DNA of 64,000 nt from Chloroflexota bacterium (GCA_965221905.1 OZ244922.1:1408001-1472000), one strand, 5' to 3'. Positions 19,500 through 30,219 are shown, numbered from the stretch's first letter. Translations and numbers: made by a program. The notes: generated from the letters alone by a model not told the origin.

Positions 19500-19540
19500 A
19501 AGAGCAGTGGGGTCGGATACATTCGACCCCACTGCTCTCT
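19500..19540. terminator. Strong hairpin downstream of SBP gene
   Basis: AGAGCAGTGGGGTCG-gatacatt-CGACCCCACTGCTCT. Confidence 0.7.
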
Positions 19541-19562
19541 CAGACTCGCGATCTCTGTACTT

Positions 19563-20960
19563 CTACCCGCCGCCTGAGAAGTAGGCGCTCATCTCGTCCG
19601 TGATGAGTTTCTGGAACCAGTCCGCATACTCCCGCGTATCGACTTTGCCCAGTTGATACTCCTCGCGATAGCGCGGACGCGCCTGGTCGCGGATTTTCTC
19701 CCACGCGCTGTACTTAAGCATGCCCCACCCATGAGGCCGCGTTTGCTGTGCTTGCAGGAAGTACGCCCTGGGATCAATGCCAAGCTGATTGCGGAACACT
19801 TCTTGGGAAACTTCAGAGTACGCTGGGTCTATGAACGGTGAGACGACGTGTCCGGCCGTGCGCGGGAAGCGTCCGGCATTCTCCGGTGTCATGAACCACG
19901 TGAATACAGTCCATACGGCCTCTTCCGTCCCCGCATTGCCGATCTGTAGACCGTGGTTGGAAATGCGCGCTGACCTACTGGGGCCATCACCGTCATACGG
20001 CAGCGTGCCGGCGGCCCAGTTGAAGTTCGTGTCCTGGTTGATGAAGGATACCTGCATACCGATCTTGCCGGTGACGAAGGTATTCATGCGCTGGCCGCCC
20101 TTCAACGCACTGGTCTCGTCTGGGTTGGGCTGTACGTGGTATTTGACCTCGGTCACGTCCCGCCAGAACTCAAGCCCCTGCATGATGCCGGGTGAGTTGA
20201 TGAAGGCCACTTTCTTGTCATCGTCCCACGGGCCCTGGCCAAAGTAGGTTCCGGTGGTCTCGCCCGCCGCGTTGCCGCCGCCCAAGCTGCCGCCAAAGCC
20301 GAACTGCCCGTCGCCGGTCAGCTTCTGCGCGTAATCGAGAAACGTGTCCATGTTCCACCACTTGGCGCTCGTGTCCACCGGCGGCTCTTCCAGTCCGGCC
20401 TCGGCAAACATGTCCTTGTTGTAGGCCATGGCATCGGAAGACGTACTGATGGGCATGCCGCCGAGTACGCCGTCGAGCACCCACTCGAACAATGATGATT
20501 CAATGAACAATTCTTCCGGCACGAGCTTGTCGGCCTTGAAGAATTCAGTCTGGTCGAGAATGGCGCCTGCCTGGAACATGCGGTCCCACGTCAACCAGCC
20601 GTTGTGCACGAAGTCTAAGGTTACACCTCCGGCGTGGGCGGTCATGAACTTCTCATATACGCCGCGCCAGCCGCCCGCCTGACCCGCTACTTCAACCTGA
20701 ATGTTGGCGTGCTGATCGTTGAAGTCGTCGAAGATGGCGATTTCCTTTTCTTGGCGCGCCGGACTCTCCGGCGACGCGTAGACAAGGTTCACCACTTCCA
20801 TGGTTTCAGGCTGAGCGGCCTCTGTGGATGTCTCTTCATCCGCCGGCGCTGCTTCACCACCGGTCATTGTTGCTTGCCCACACGCAGCAAGGAGACCGGC
20901 CATACCAATGGTGGCGCCGGTACCGATTAGCCGTCGTCGCGTCATGTGAAAGTCAGACAT
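19563..20960 (-). CDS. Carbohydrate ABC transporter substrate-binding lipoprotein with Tat signal
   Basis: MTRRRLIG...LLAAC; AYNKDMFAEAGLEEPP; orphan (no adjacent permeases). Confidence 0.85.
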   Translation of the reverse strand: MSDFHMTRRRLIGTGATIGMAGLLAACGQATMTGGEAAPADEETSTEAAQPETMEVVNLVYASPESPARQEKEIAIFDDFNDQHANIQVEVAGQAGGWRGVYEKFMTAHAGGVTLDFVHNGWLTWDRMFQAGAILDQTEFFKADKLVPEELFIESSLFEWVLDGVLGGMPISTSSDAMAYNKDMFAEAGLEEPPVDTSAKWWNMDTFLDYAQKLTGDGQFGFGGSLGGGNAAGETTGTYFGQGPWDDDKKVAFINSPGIMQGLEFWRDVTEVKYHVQPNPDETSALKGGQRMNTFVTGKIGMQVSFINQDTNFNWAAGTLPYDGDGPSRSARISNHGLQIGNAGTEEAVWTVFTWFMTPENAGRFPRTAGHVVSPFIDPAYSEVSQEVFRNQLGIDPRAYFLQAQQTRPHGWGMLKYSAWEKIRDQARPRYREEYQLGKVDTREYADWFQKLITDEMSAYFSGGG

Positions 20961-21042
20961 TGCATCATTCTCCCGTTCGCACTTCAGCCTAGAACTCTAT
21001 ACAGCGACGCGAGCATCCTTCAATCTAATCGCTGTTGCGAAA

Positions 21043-21071
21043 AGTATAGATTTTCGACCTGTAATTGTCAA
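21043..21071 (-). promoter_or_regulatory. Sigma-70-type promoter for SBP gene
   Basis: TTGACA, 17 nt spacer, TATACT on minus strand. Confidence 0.7.
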
Positions 21072-21076
21072 GAGGA

Positions 21077-21388
21077 AAACCTCCGGAACGTAGATTAGGC
21101 CAAAGGCATATGGCAAGAGAAAGCAATTGTGGAATTAGTAGACTTGGACTTGATCCATCATTGGGCCAGAATTCATGTCATTCCGAGCGCAGCGAGGAAT
21201 CTAGAAATCCCCGCACTCTAGATTCTTCGTCGCTGCGCTCCTCAGAATGACAGAGTGAGGAGCGCTTTGGGTGTAGGTGCGCGCGATGTCTCGCGTATCT
21301 GCATGGCACAAGTCAGATTCTACTAATCCCGAAACTTCCGAAACGTAGATTAGGCCAATGGCATTTAGCAAGAGAATGCAATTGTGGA
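21077..21388. repeat. Nested repeat element: 57-bp direct repeats enclosing 28-bp inverted repeats enclosing a REP doublet
   Basis: DR 21077-21133 vs 21332-21388 (51/57 identical); IR 21131-21158 vs 21303-21330 (22/28); palindrome 21176-21252. Confidence 0.75.
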
Positions 21389-21502
21389 GCGGATGGAACA
21401 TCCCCCGCACGCAACCTAACACACAAGCGAATTGTGGCACCTGACTGAGCCGGCGAGCCCGTACGCGCCTTCGCCAACGAGGGCCTGCGAGGAACTGCGA
21501 GC

Positions 21503-22873
21503 CTAGAACGACTCGCTACCTCCCAACTCACCTTCCAAGAAGTCCACGAACTGGCGCGCGGTGCGACCGGAGAAGCCATTCTGCTGCTGTGCCCAAGTGA
21601 TGGCGCGGGCGCGGAGCGTTGCCGCATCAATCGGCAGGTTTCGCTGTGTGGCAAGGGCCGCAACGATCGCAAGATACTGCGCTTGCGAAGGCGATACGAA
21701 GGAAATGCGGATGCCGAACCGGTCGCTGAGCGAGAAGGTCTCTTGTAACGTCTCTTTGGGGTGGACTTCCCCGTCCAAGATACCTGCGCGATCGGAGAAA
21801 TTCTCGCGGATGAGGTGGCTGCGATTTGACGTTGCGTAGATGACGACGTTGCGCGGTTGGGCCGCGACGCTTCCTTCGAGAACGGCCTTCAGAGCTTTGT
21901 AGTCAGTCTCATGGGGTTCGAAGGAAAGGTCGTCCACGAAGATAACGAAGGACTGTGGCCGAGCGCGAAGTCTCTCAGCGATGTATTGAAATTCGCCGAG
22001 GTCATCCTTGGCAACTTCAACCAGACGCAGGCCGCGACTATTGTAGTGGTGCAGCAGCGCCTTGATCGATGACGACTTCCCAGTGCCTCGATCACCGCAC
22101 AGCAGAACGTTATTGGCCGGGTAGCCCGCAAGCAAGTGCTCGGTGTTTTGCATGAGGAGCCGTCGCTGGCGCTCGTCACCAATGAGTTCCTCCAAGCGGA
22201 CGGGGTCAGGGTGGGCAACGCCCTGCAATCGGCCGCCGTGGGCGGCGCGCACCCAGCGGAAGGCTTGGTAGCGCGCAAAGTCACCCGTACCGTGCTGACG
22301 ATAGTGCGCCGTAAGCAGCGGAACGGCTTCCCGCCAGTCTTGCATCGCAGTGAGCGCTTTCCCGGTTTCTGCGTTGGGCATGTGGCTGCCGGATGGCCCG
22401 AGTGAGGAAAAGTCCTCCCACGCCAAATATGGAAGCGCTTCTTCCCAGCCCTGCTGTGCCACGAAGGATCTCAGAGTAGCAGCGTTGAGCGCGAAAAGCT
22501 GCTGGAGTATGGCAAGGTCTTGCTCGGCCAAGGCAGTGAGAGCAGGACTCAGCCCGGCAAATCCGGTGAATTCCGCTTTGCGCGAGAAGGCGTTCTCAGC
22601 TTCCAGCAGGCGGATGAGGAGGTAGCTCTGCCAGGCATCTCCATGAGAGTGCGCCGACTCTAGCTCTGCGTGCTCTCCGAGCAATCCGCTGAGCCGGGCC
22701 AAGGCTGCGATGAATTGAAGAGGTGATTCGCCTGTCGCGTGACGCAGCATGGCGCAATAGCTCTGCCCAATGGCGTCATCTAGGATATCGGTGTAAAGGG
22801 CAAGCCGGTCTAGGCTGTCCAGGACGGCTTGTATCTGAGAGGTGGTGATGCGCATGTCGGTGCGAATACTCAT
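21503..22873 (-). CDS. DUF815-family AAA+ ATP-binding protein
   Basis: ANNVLLCGDRGTGKSS, FVDDLSFE, YKALKAVLEG, YATSNR, SLSDRFG, SGRTARQF. Confidence 0.88.
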   Translation of the reverse strand: MSIRTDMRITTSQIQAVLDSLDRLALYTDILDDAIGQSYCAMLRHATGESPLQFIAALARLSGLLGEHAELESAHSHGDAWQSYLLIRLLEAENAFSRKAEFTGFAGLSPALTALAEQDLAILQQLFALNAATLRSFVAQQGWEEALPYLAWEDFSSLGPSGSHMPNAETGKALTAMQDWREAVPLLTAHYRQHGTGDFARYQAFRWVRAAHGGRLQGVAHPDPVRLEELIGDERQRRLLMQNTEHLLAGYPANNVLLCGDRGTGKSSSIKALLHHYNSRGLRLVEVAKDDLGEFQYIAERLRARPQSFVIFVDDLSFEPHETDYKALKAVLEGSVAAQPRNVVIYATSNRSHLIRENFSDRAGILDGEVHPKETLQETFSLSDRFGIRISFVSPSQAQYLAIVAALATQRNLPIDAATLRARAITWAQQQNGFSGRTARQFVDFLEGELGGSESF

Positions 22874-23017
22874 TTTCCGTGGGTTTGCTGCTTTCTATCT
22901 CCTTTGTAGCTAGTCCCAAGTACCATTATGTACCGCTGCAACTGGGCCGAACTCTAAAGTTAATCCCGACTGCTACTAGAATACCAGCCGGGTCAGGCCA
23001 CTTACACATCGCCTCAG

Positions 23018-23042
23018 GCGGGGGACAAGCCCCCGCGCTACG
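23018..23042. repeat. GTAG-foot REP-like palindrome
   Basis: GCGGGGGACAAGCCCCCGCGCTACG, identical copy at 56353-56377. Confidence 0.8.
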
Positions 23043-23099
23043 TTGAGAAGCTGTTGCTCCGTTCCTCGTTTGCCGGATTGAGCCAGTGATTGGAAGACG

Positions 23100-24515
23100 T
23101 TAGGCGAGCGGCAGCCATTTCGCCGCCCAGTGCCGCCACGGGTCGGTGGTCTCATTCATCCAGACCAGCAGTCGGCGTTGCAGGTCATGCCGGATTTCCC
23201 GGTACGCTGCCTCATCAAACCGATTCTCCAGCTCATGGGGATCGCGTTCCAGGTCGTAGAGTTCATCTATGGCGTGCGGATTGTACACGAGCTTATAGTT
23301 CTGATAACGAATCAGGCGCGACGAGAAGAGTCCGCATTCGTCGCCGTGAAATTCGCACCCTATTGTGTCCCGCCAGGCTGCGTGCTGGGGGTCGCGCCAC
23401 AACGGCTGAAGCGCTTTACCATCGATGTTCTCTGGGATAGGCAGGTCTGTGGCCCGCAGAATGGTGGGCATGATGTCGATGAGGCTGACGAACTGCGCGG
23501 TTGTGGTACCGGCAGGAATCTGTCCCGGCCAGCGCATGACCATGGGAATGTGGTAGACCTCTTGGTAGAGCAGCGGTCCTTTGTTGAACTGTCCGTGGCT
23601 GCCGGTGAAGTCGCCGTGGTCGGTATTGAAGATGACGAGCGTGTCATCACGAATGCCGAGGTCGTCTAGGGTTTGCAGCAACTTGGCGAAGAGCGAATCC
23701 AGGAAGCTGACGTAGCCAAAATACTTGGCGACGGCCGGCTGCCAATCCTCCCAGGTGAAGTCCTGCACGCCCCGGTGATGCTTATGCCGGACGTGCACCT
23801 GCGGCTTTTTCTCGAGCGTGTCATGGAAGTTCGGCCACGGCGGAATCTGCTGCGGGTCGTAGAGCGAGGCCCATGGCTCGGGAACGACGTACGGATGATG
23901 CGGGCCGTTGAAGTCTACCCGCAGGTAGAAAGGCTGTTGGTCATCGTACTCGCGGAGCAGGCGCATGCCCTCTTCCGCGAAGTAGTACATCAAGTTACCC
24001 TCTTCCGGTAGCTGCTCTGTACCGGAAATGAGAAACTCTTCGTTAGGATACGTGGCATAGACCGCGTCCGGCGGTGTCGGCGGACTAACGGGAAAGCCAC
24101 GTTGCCGCCGGTATTCGGCGATGCTCTGCGCGCCGACGTCATGAAAGCCGCGCGTCGTGGGCCCGTTTTCGCGCCCAATGTGCCATTTCCCCACGTGCCC
24201 GAGGCGGTAGCCGAGTTCGTTCAGAAGTTCGCTATAGGTAACTTCCTCCGGCGGCAGCTCTACGAGAATGGAGTCATCCATGTGGCAGTTGTTGTAGATG
24301 CCGTGATTGTGCGAGTAGCGCCCGGTCACCATGGAGGCGCGCGCCGGTGAGCAAATCCCCGCCGGTGTATAGGCTTCAGCGTAGTTGACGCCCTACTGCG
24401 CAAGACGGTCCAGCGTAGGCGTGCGGCAGATTGGGCTGCCGTTTACGCCCAGCACGTCGAAGCGCATCTGGTCGACCATGATGTGAAGGATGTTCGGTCG
24501 GTTTGTATTCGCCAC
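23100..24515 (-). pseudogene. Sulfatase interrupted by in-frame TAG at codon 41
   Basis: GTG 24515 [20 protein letters not shown]...LDRLAQ*GVNYAEAYTPAGICSPARASMVTGRY; TAG at 24393-24395, frame continuous with ORF 23100-24332. Confidence 0.8.
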
Positions 24516-24646
24516 AGTTAGTGCCTCGATTCACTACCTATAGGTACGTTTACTAAATACGCGACTACCAGTGGTGAGCGGCAATTTCTCTCCGGCCATG
24601 AGGTAAGCGGGAGCGGGCCTACAAAAGGAATCCCTGGCAGTGAGCG

Positions 24647-24671
24647 AGCGCAGGTTGCAAACCTGCGCTAC
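24647..24671. repeat. GTAG-foot REP-like palindrome
   Basis: AGCGCAGGTTGCAAACCTGCGCTAC. Confidence 0.7.
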
Positions 24672-24726
24672 CGGAGAGCGCGAGCAAAGAGCGCCTCACC
24701 GGTTACCGGCACAGGCATTGCTCGCT

Positions 24727-25815
24727 CTAGCGAAATTGCGGCACGTCCAGCCAAACCCCGCTCTGCATGGCGGCGTCGTGGGCGACGATACCGGGTGCGG
24801 TAAACTCCACGGCGCGTACGGCATCTATGGGCGCTTTCGTATTGGCGTCGATGGCTGCAATGAAGTCTTGCACCATGAAGTATTCGGATGTGCCATGGCC
24901 GCCGTGGTGAGCTTCCGGCGGCGCATTGGGATCGATCGTCGGGCAAGCAATCTCCTCTGCTCCGGTCTGCTTGGACATGGTGTCTACATTAAAGTAGCGT
25001 CCGGTTGAGGCGCGGTCGTCGATGTGGCGGCCGCTTTCGATGAAGCCTTTGGTCCCGTAAAGCGTGTAGTAGACGGAGTGCGGGTGCCGGTGCGCCACCT
25101 GGCTGCGCAGGATTTTGACGACATTGCCTCTCTGGGTCTGGAACAAGCCTACTTCCATGTCCAGGTGGCCCAATCCCTCTTCTTCAGGATGCATGTTCCT
25201 GCCGGAGGATGCGCCGGTAGCCTTCACAATGCGGTCATCCATGAGGGTGAGCACCGGGCCGAGCGTGTGCGCGCAATACCAGATTGGGGCACGAGGCAGC
25301 CGCCACTTTGGTTGGCCGGTTGCCGGATCGCGCAGCAGATCGGCAATCTCATGGACGTACTCCGCTTCCGCGTAGAATAGCGTGCCGAGTGTGCCCTTTG
25401 CGATGAGTTCGCGCCATTCGCGCATATAGTGGAAGTAGCAGTAATTCTCCGCCATCATGTAGACGTTGCCGGTGCGCTCTTGGGCGGCGATGACTGCCGC
25501 GCACTCGTCCAATGTATAGGCCACAGTCTGTTCGCACAGCACGTGTTTGCCGCTTTCCATAGCGGCGATGGACTGCTGCGCGTGAAACTCGATGGGTGTC
25601 GCAATGACGATGACGTCCAGCGGAGTGTTGACAAAGTGCTCGAATGCCGTGTAGAGCCTATTTTCCGGCAAGCTAAAGTCCTTGCCCATGGTGACCAACG
25701 TTTCTTCGTTCAGATCGCACAGCGCGGCTACTTCGACGCGGGGGTGAGCGGCCAGGGCACGCACCAGGCCCCCGCCGCGGCGGAGACCGACAAAGCCAAC
25801 CTGCAGCTTCTCCAT
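24727..25815 (-). CDS. Gfo/Idh/MocA family oxidoreductase
   Basis: VGFVGLRRG, IATPIEFH, HVLCEQ, YMMAENYCY, GGHG; start at MEKLQ after GGAGAGG. Confidence 0.9.
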   Translation of the reverse strand: MEKLQVGFVGLRRGGGLVRALAAHPRVEVAALCDLNEETLVTMGKDFSLPENRLYTAFEHFVNTPLDVIVIATPIEFHAQQSIAAMESGKHVLCEQTVAYTLDECAAVIAAQERTGNVYMMAENYCYFHYMREWRELIAKGTLGTLFYAEAEYVHEIADLLRDPATGQPKWRLPRAPIWYCAHTLGPVLTLMDDRIVKATGASSGRNMHPEEEGLGHLDMEVGLFQTQRGNVVKILRSQVAHRHPHSVYYTLYGTKGFIESGRHIDDRASTGRYFNVDTMSKQTGAEEIACPTIDPNAPPEAHHGGHGTSEYFMVQDFIAAIDANTKAPIDAVRAVEFTAPGIVAHDAAMQSGVWLDVPQFR

Positions 25816-26025
25816 GGTCTTACCTCTCCTTCTCCTATTGTAAGGGAGTGCCGATTGCACACCGGCGTGCACCCCAAATCGCGCTTTTCTTGCAAGAGTA
25901 CCTTGTAAGCAGATATAGCCGTCATCAAGCCATTAGCTTAGTTGATAGCCACCCTTTCTCTAGCGTTTACAGAGCATGGCTCGTTGGGTGATTGCTCCTG
26001 CACCGGCCTCGCCCACACTTTAAGG

Positions 26026-26061
26026 AGAAAGGAGCGTCAGTTTGCATGACGCCCCTTTTCT
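26026..26061 (-). terminator. Probable intrinsic terminator of molybdoenzyme operon
   Basis: Minus strand AAAGGGGCGTCA-tgcaaac-TGACGCTCCTTTCT. Confidence 0.6.
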
Positions 26062-26080
26062 AATTGTCGAAACGACCCGC

Positions 26081-28402
26081 CTATGCGGATGGCTCGCCAT
26101 TCGACCTCGCGTCTTTGAGGGCCATCACAACCCGCTCCGGCGTGAGCGGCATGTTGTGAAGCGGAATGCCGAGAGCATCGCTGATGGCACTGGTAATGGC
26201 GGCGCCCGGCGGTACGATACTGGGCTCGCCAACGATTCGGGTACCGTGCCAGCCGTAGGGATTGTATTTCTCGACGATAACGGCGTCCACGTCGGGCACG
26301 TCCGCTGCCGTGGGCAGGCGATAGTCGAGAAGACCGGGATTACGCACGCGGCCGTCTTCGTCGTAGACGATCTCTTCCAGCAGGGCGTAGCCGACCCCTT
26401 GAATGATGCCGCCCTGGATTTGGCCTTTCACCGAAAGCGGGTTGATGGCAAAACCGGCGTCCTGAACGCCCACAAGGTTGAGGATGGTGACCAAACCGGT
26501 CTCCGTATCGACCTCAACGTCAGCGATGGTACCGGCGAAACCGGGACTGCCGCGTGCCGGCTTGCCGTGGCCCGTGCCGATGATGGGGCCGTTGGCAGAG
26601 CCTACTGCTTCATCCGAAATGCGCTTGTAGGTGACATAACGATCGGGGCTGCCGTTTGCCCACATCTTACCGTCGTCATACTCGATCTCGTCGGCGTCTG
26701 CGCCAAGGCGCTGCGCCGCGACTGTCTTCATCTGCCGCAGCACTTCTTGGGCAGCAGCAGCGGCCGAAAGGCTCATCGTGTAGGTGATCTGACTGCCGCC
26801 TGCCACCGGGCCAAAGGGCGCTTCGTTCGTATCGCCTTGCGATACGCTCACGTATTCGAGGGGTATGCGCAATTCCTCGGCAGCGACTTGAGCGATAGAG
26901 GTCGATGAACCAGTAAGGTTGATCGTACCGACGAGGATGCTAAACGAGCCGTCGGCTTCGAGCTTGATGGTGGCTGCGGAACCACCCGCGCCACCGGACC
27001 AGCAACCGATTGCCACGCCGCGGCCGCGGGGCTTGCCGTTACTCCCTTGCGCAAGGGGCGTACTCCATACCGCATGCTCCTTGATGGCTTCGAGCACCTC
27101 CACACCGCCAACGTCCGGCAGGGGTTGACCGTTCGGCCAGCGGTCGCCTTCCTTAATCACGTTTTGCAGGCGGAAGTCCACCGGGTCCATGCCAAGTCCT
27201 TGCGCGACCCAACTCATCACGTTTTCTACTGCGTGTGCAGCATTCGGCGCGCCGGGAGCGCGGTAAGCGCCTACGCTTACTTTATTGGTCAGTACTTCGA
27301 AACCTTCCAATTCCATGTTGGGGAAGACGTAGCAGCTTCCCAAGAGCATCGTAGCCGTAGACATTGGTGAGCCAGGATAGGCGCCGGTATCCATGACCAC
27401 GCGGCCCTGCAAGGCAGTGACCGTGCCGTCACGTTTCGCGCCGACCTTCACGTCGATTACGGATTGCGGCGCCGGATTGGCAGCGACGAGTTCTTCGCTT
27501 CTGCTCCACACCACCTTTACAGGCAGGCGCGCCTTTTTAGAGAGGATGGCGGGAATTGGCGCCAGCAGTGTCATCTTGCCGCCAAAGCCACCGCCGATGG
27601 CGGTGCCTTGTACGATAACTTTATGGGCCGGTAGCTTTAGCAAGCGTGCTACCGTATCCCGCACGTAGAACTGCCCCTGTGACGTAACCCACATCTTCAT
27701 GTCGCCGGACGGCGTGTAATGGGCCAATGCAGCATGGGGCTCAATATACGTCTGGTGCACCATGGCCGCCGTGAAACGGCCTTCCTTAATAACGTCCGCT
27801 TCAGCAAAACCTTCCTCTAAGTCGCCGCGCGAAAACTGCACCTGGGAGGAGATATTGCCGGATTCATCCATGTCCTCTGCGGATGAAGCAACGGAAGAAT
27901 GGAACGACATCTCGGTGCGGTCAATCTCGCCGCCGTCGCCATGCCGTATGGTGGGGGCGTTGGGTTCCATGGCTTCCAACGGGTCGAGCACGTGGGGAAG
28001 CGGCTCATAGTCGACCTCGATGAGTTCGAGCGCTGCCTCCGCATCCTCATTCGTGACGGCGGCCACCGCGGCAATCGGCTCTCCAAGGAAGAGAGCAAAG
28101 TCACCGGCGAAGACGTTGTGGGGACGCGACGTGGGCTCCACCACATCCTCCGCAAAGTCGGCGGCGGTTGCGACCGTAACGACGCCGGGCGCCTCCAGCG
28201 CCTTGGAGTAATCGATGCCCTTGATGCGGGCATGTGCGTGGGGGCTGCGCAGGATTGCGCCCCAGAGCATTCCGGGCAATGAGAAGTCAGCGCCAAACTT
28301 GGCGGCGCCCGTGACGTTCTCGATACCGTCAATGCGAGTCACCGGTTTATTAGCAACACGTAGCGCGGTCTTCTCTTGCGGACGTTCGACCACTTTTGCC
28401 AT
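26081..28402 (-). CDS. Xanthine dehydrogenase family molybdopterin-binding subunit
   Basis: LRSPHAHARI, IGGGFGGK, AYRAPG, QIQGGIIQG, VGEP. Confidence 0.93.
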   Translation of the reverse strand: MAKVVERPQEKTALRVANKPVTRIDGIENVTGAAKFGADFSLPGMLWGAILRSPHAHARIKGIDYSKALEAPGVVTVATAADFAEDVVEPTSRPHNVFAGDFALFLGEPIAAVAAVTNEDAEAALELIEVDYEPLPHVLDPLEAMEPNAPTIRHGDGGEIDRTEMSFHSSVASSAEDMDESGNISSQVQFSRGDLEEGFAEADVIKEGRFTAAMVHQTYIEPHAALAHYTPSGDMKMWVTSQGQFYVRDTVARLLKLPAHKVIVQGTAIGGGFGGKMTLLAPIPAILSKKARLPVKVVWSRSEELVAANPAPQSVIDVKVGAKRDGTVTALQGRVVMDTGAYPGSPMSTATMLLGSCYVFPNMELEGFEVLTNKVSVGAYRAPGAPNAAHAVENVMSWVAQGLGMDPVDFRLQNVIKEGDRWPNGQPLPDVGGVEVLEAIKEHAVWSTPLAQGSNGKPRGRGVAIGCWSGGAGGSAATIKLEADGSFSILVGTINLTGSSTSIAQVAAEELRIPLEYVSVSQGDTNEAPFGPVAGGSQITYTMSLSAAAAAQEVLRQMKTVAAQRLGADADEIEYDDGKMWANGSPDRYVTYKRISDEAVGSANGPIIGTGHGKPARGSPGFAGTIADVEVDTETGLVTILNLVGVQDAGFAINPLSVKGQIQGGIIQGVGYALLEEIVYDEDGRVRNPGLLDYRLPTAADVPDVDAVIVEKYNPYGWHGTRIVGEPSIVPPGAAITSAISDALGIPLHNMPLTPERVVMALKDARSNGEPSA

Positions 28403-28457
28403 GGTTCCTCCTCCTCGCGATATGTAGACGTGCAGTCTGTGGAAGGCGCTTAGGCCC

Positions 28458-28985
28458 TTAGATTTCGCCTTCGGGCTCAGGTACAAGCTCCCGTGGCTCC
28501 GGCGCCACTTCGATCAACTCTACTTTGCCGTCAATAACAGAATGTAGCGCAGTCACAATGGGTTCGTAGCCGGTGCAGCGGCATAAATTGCCCGCAATAG
28601 CCATGCGCAACTCATCGTCAGTGGGATTGGGATTGTCGCGCAAGTATGCGGTTGCCATTACCACGAATCCGGGAGTGCAGATACCGCACTGCGTTGCGCC
28701 TTTGCTAACGAACGCGGATTGCACCGCATTCAGCTTGCCATTGCTTACAAGTCCCTCGACGGTGGTTACCGCCGCGTCCTCGGCTTCAACGGCGAGGGTT
28801 AGGCAGGAGTGGTGCGGTTCACCGTCTACGAGCACGGTGCACGCGCCGCAGTCCCCGGTGCCACAGCCCTCTTTCGCGCCGGTAAGGCCCAAGTCTTCGC
28901 GGAGGAAGTCGAGAAGCCGCACCTGCGGCTCAACGATTCGCTTCACCCGTACGCCGTTTACCGTTAGTTGCAACGGATAGTCCAT
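28458..28985 (-). CDS. (2Fe-2S)-binding subunit (CoxS/XdhC-like)
   Basis: [31 protein letters not shown]. Confidence 0.95.
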   Translation of the reverse strand: MDYPLQLTVNGVRVKRIVEPQVRLLDFLREDLGLTGAKEGCGTGDCGACTVLVDGEPHHSCLTLAVEAEDAAVTTVEGLVSNGKLNAVQSAFVSKGATQCGICTPGFVVMATAYLRDNPNPTDDELRMAIAGNLCRCTGYEPIVTALHSVIDGKVELIEVAPEPRELVPEPEGEI

Positions 28986-29030
28986 CGCTCTTGCTGCCTC
29001 CAAAAATGTAGTTGTGCCAATTAGGTGTCG

Positions 29031-29909
29031 TTAACTCGCCGCTCTGGCGCGTTCGATAGCCGTCGTGAGGGCCCGACGTGTGTAGACGTCCACCATCATG
29101 CGGCGGTATTCTGCCGATGCACGGACGTCCGAGATCGGCCGCGAATCAGCCGCGGCCGCCTCGCCGGCATTTGCCAGTGTCTTTTCGTTGACCGGCTGGC
29201 CGCGAAGTGTCTGTTCCGCGGTGGTAGCATGCGGCCAGGTGGGTGCAACGGCGGAGAGGACGACGCTGGCATCCTTAATGGTTTCCAAATCATCTTCCAG
29301 CGTGACGAGGGCTGCCACCCCGACCACGGCGATATCCATCTCACGCCGCGGCACATGGCGCACGTAGCGTGTTCCGGTGTGGGACGGCAGTGCCGGAATC
29401 GTGAACGATTGGATCAACTCGCCGGGTTCGAGTGCAAGCTGACCGGGCCCTGTCATAAGGTCGCCCACGAGGGCCTCACGCGTGCCCTTCTTGCCAACGA
29501 TGCAGGCAATAGCATGAGCGGCTACGAGGGGCGGGGCCGCATCGGCACTTGGCGCGGCGTTGCCCACATTGCCGCCAAGCGTACCGCGATTGCGGATCTG
29601 AATTGAACCGAGAAGCTCCGCGCCTTCACTTATGAAGAAGGCGTGACTTTGCACAAGCGGGCTGTGGGTCACTTCATTGCCGGATGCCATAGCACCGATA
29701 GTCAGTGTGCCGTCGGCACTCTGGCTGATGCCCTTAAGATCCTCAAGATTGCGCAAGCTGACGATGAGGGGAACCTTACGTCCGCGTTCCCTCATCTGCA
29801 CAATGAGGTCTGTACCACCCGCCAGCGCTCGCGAGTCGTCGCCGCGGTCTGCCAGCAGTGCACAAGCCTCAAATGTCTGGGATGGTGCAGCATAGTCAAA
29901 ACGTCTCAC
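29031..29909 (-). CDS. FAD-binding subunit (CoxM-like)
   Basis: LAGGTDL, QIRNRGTLGGN, APSAD, DVRASAEYR; start set at GTG after GGAGG. Confidence 0.92.
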   Translation of the reverse strand: MRRFDYAAPSQTFEACALLADRGDDSRALAGGTDLIVQMRERGRKVPLIVSLRNLEDLKGISQSADGTLTIGAMASGNEVTHSPLVQSHAFFISEGAELLGSIQIRNRGTLGGNVGNAAPSADAAPPLVAAHAIACIVGKKGTREALVGDLMTGPGQLALEPGELIQSFTIPALPSHTGTRYVRHVPRREMDIAVVGVAALVTLEDDLETIKDASVVLSAVAPTWPHATTAEQTLRGQPVNEKTLANAGEAAAADSRPISDVRASAEYRRMMVDVYTRRALTTAIERARAAS

Positions 29910-30219
29910 GCGTCGTGTTTCCTCCAAGTAATGGGCGACTTTACCGCTGTTCGGCAACGATACGCCGATACAATGTTCCGAGGTGAATTCAGTTGCTAAA
30001 TACCATACCATAGTGCGCCTGCACCGTAAACGCAGCTAGGCTGCAGCGAAAACGCGCTCACGCCGCTTGGAGCGCTCATCACCGTGGATTCGCCATCATC
30101 CCCGTAGCTAGGCTGTTATTGGCATGTAGCGTGTTGAGCGTGTATCATATTTGTGCAGACTTGGTCTAGGCCTTTAGCAATGAAGCGTTAGAGGCCGGAT
30201 GCACAATTGAGAGGAATTT

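Noticed and set aside
26081-28402. Aerobic CO dehydrogenase coxL
   Set aside because: Lacks AYxCSFR; motif is AYRAPG.
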